A stretch of DNA of 64,000 nt from an uncultured Chloroflexia bacterium (lineage in GTDB: Bacteria; Chloroflexota; Dehalococcoidia; DSTF01; JACRBR01): positions 313,100-377,099 of the forward strand of contig CAWIYS010000009.1 in NCBI GenBank assembly GCA_963840385.1, read 5' to 3'. Under the pieces are notes generated by a model. It ran no database searches. It was not told where the DNA came from and was given only the letters and a program-made list of their open reading frames with translations. Shown in pieces: positions 63,430 to 64,000 of the stretch (positions within the stretch are counted from its first letter, which is position 1; each line of letters begins with the position of its first letter). Both the position numbers and the translations under genes were made by a program.

Positions 63430-64000
63430 TCAGTCGTCGTGGCCGTTGCGGCGATGGTTGTCGTCCCGATGCGACACTGGCGTCTTCGTCGGGGGCGCCG
63501 GAGTATTGGTCGCGTCGTGGTGGTCATCGCCGTGGTGGTCATCGCCACCGTGGTGGTCATCGCCACCGTGGCCATGTCCGCACGTGGGCGCGTTCGCCAC
63601 TTGCAGCAGGTCGAGCGCATCGATGACGCCGTCGCCGTTGACGTCGTACTTCGCCTTGTACTTCTTCTGGCCTTCAGTCGCCCCGAAGCGCTTCAAGATG
63701 CCGATGGCGAGATCGACCTTCTTGCCGAAGGTCAGACACTGGGCCGGCGTCGGCGTCGACGTGACGGTCGGCGTGTTCGTCGGCACGCCTGCCGGCGTGT
63801 TCGTCGACGTCGGAACAGCCGTGTTGGTCGATGTCGGGACGACCGGCGTGTTCGTCGGCGTGTTCGTCGGCGTCACCGGCGTGTTCGTCGACGTCGGCAC
63901 AGCCGTGTTGGTCGACGTCGGGACGACCGGCGTGTTCGTCGGCGTGTTCGTCGGGGTCACCGGCGTGTTCGTCGAAGTCGGCACAGCAGTGAACGTCGAG
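63430..64000 (-). CDS. 3' part of a Thr/Pro-rich secreted-type protein with a dockerin-like Ca loop and His/Asp-rich tail (continues past right edge)
   Basis: Frame is open to the edge; PTNT repeats; [14 protein letters not shown]; [21 protein letters not shown]. Confidence 0.8.
   Translation of the reverse strand, partial: STFTAVPTSTNTPVTPTNTPTNTPVVPTSTNTAVPTSTNTPVTPTNTPTNTPVVPTSTNTAVPTSTNTPAGVPTNTPTVTSTPTPAQCLTFGKKVDLAIGILKRFGATEGQKKYKAKYDVNGDGVIDALDLLQVANAPTCGHGHGGDDHHGGDDHHGDDHHDATNTPAPPTKTPVSHRDDNHRRNGHDD
63817..63984 (-). repeat. Intragenic tandem repeat, 2 x 84 bp
   Basis: Two consecutive copies of [28 protein letters not shown]. Confidence 0.8.

Overview
High-GC (roughly 65-70% by eye) bacterial chromosomal segment, most consistent with a monoderm Chloroflexota (Dehalococcoidia-like) genome. 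That assignment is an inference from the sortases, abundant lipoproteins and gene style. Many genes, including essential ones (pyrG, coaE, tmk) and proB, are split by 1-bp indels, which I read as long-read consensus errors rather than pseudogenes. Housekeeping genes: greA, pyrG, dnaN, coaE, proB, tmk, plsY, speD, tsaB, ndk, gyrA. Surface-glycan genes fall in three places: 1.8-10.2 kb, 14.4-16.7 kb and 42-44.6 kb. Together they look like a Pgl-type initiating pathway plus a WbpA/B/E/D/I-type diacetamido-uronate pathway and an O-antigen-ligase-like enzyme. Most notable observations: (i) three tandem class-F-like sortases directly downstream of an Ig-like surface protein with a C-terminal GPNTG sorting signal; (ii) a lower-GC DUF5131 (Gp37/Gp68) plus TcmP gene pair; (iii) a Rieske-fold membrane protein that appears to have lost its [2Fe-2S] ligands; (iv) a probable 6S RNA upstream of speD; (v) a GraL-like terminator in the greA leader; (vi) an orphan CbbQ/NorQ ATPase; (vii) three families of intergenic repeats (two REP-like hairpins and degenerate 7-bp-period hairpins). 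No CRISPR array, rRNA, tRNA, integrase or transposase was seen.
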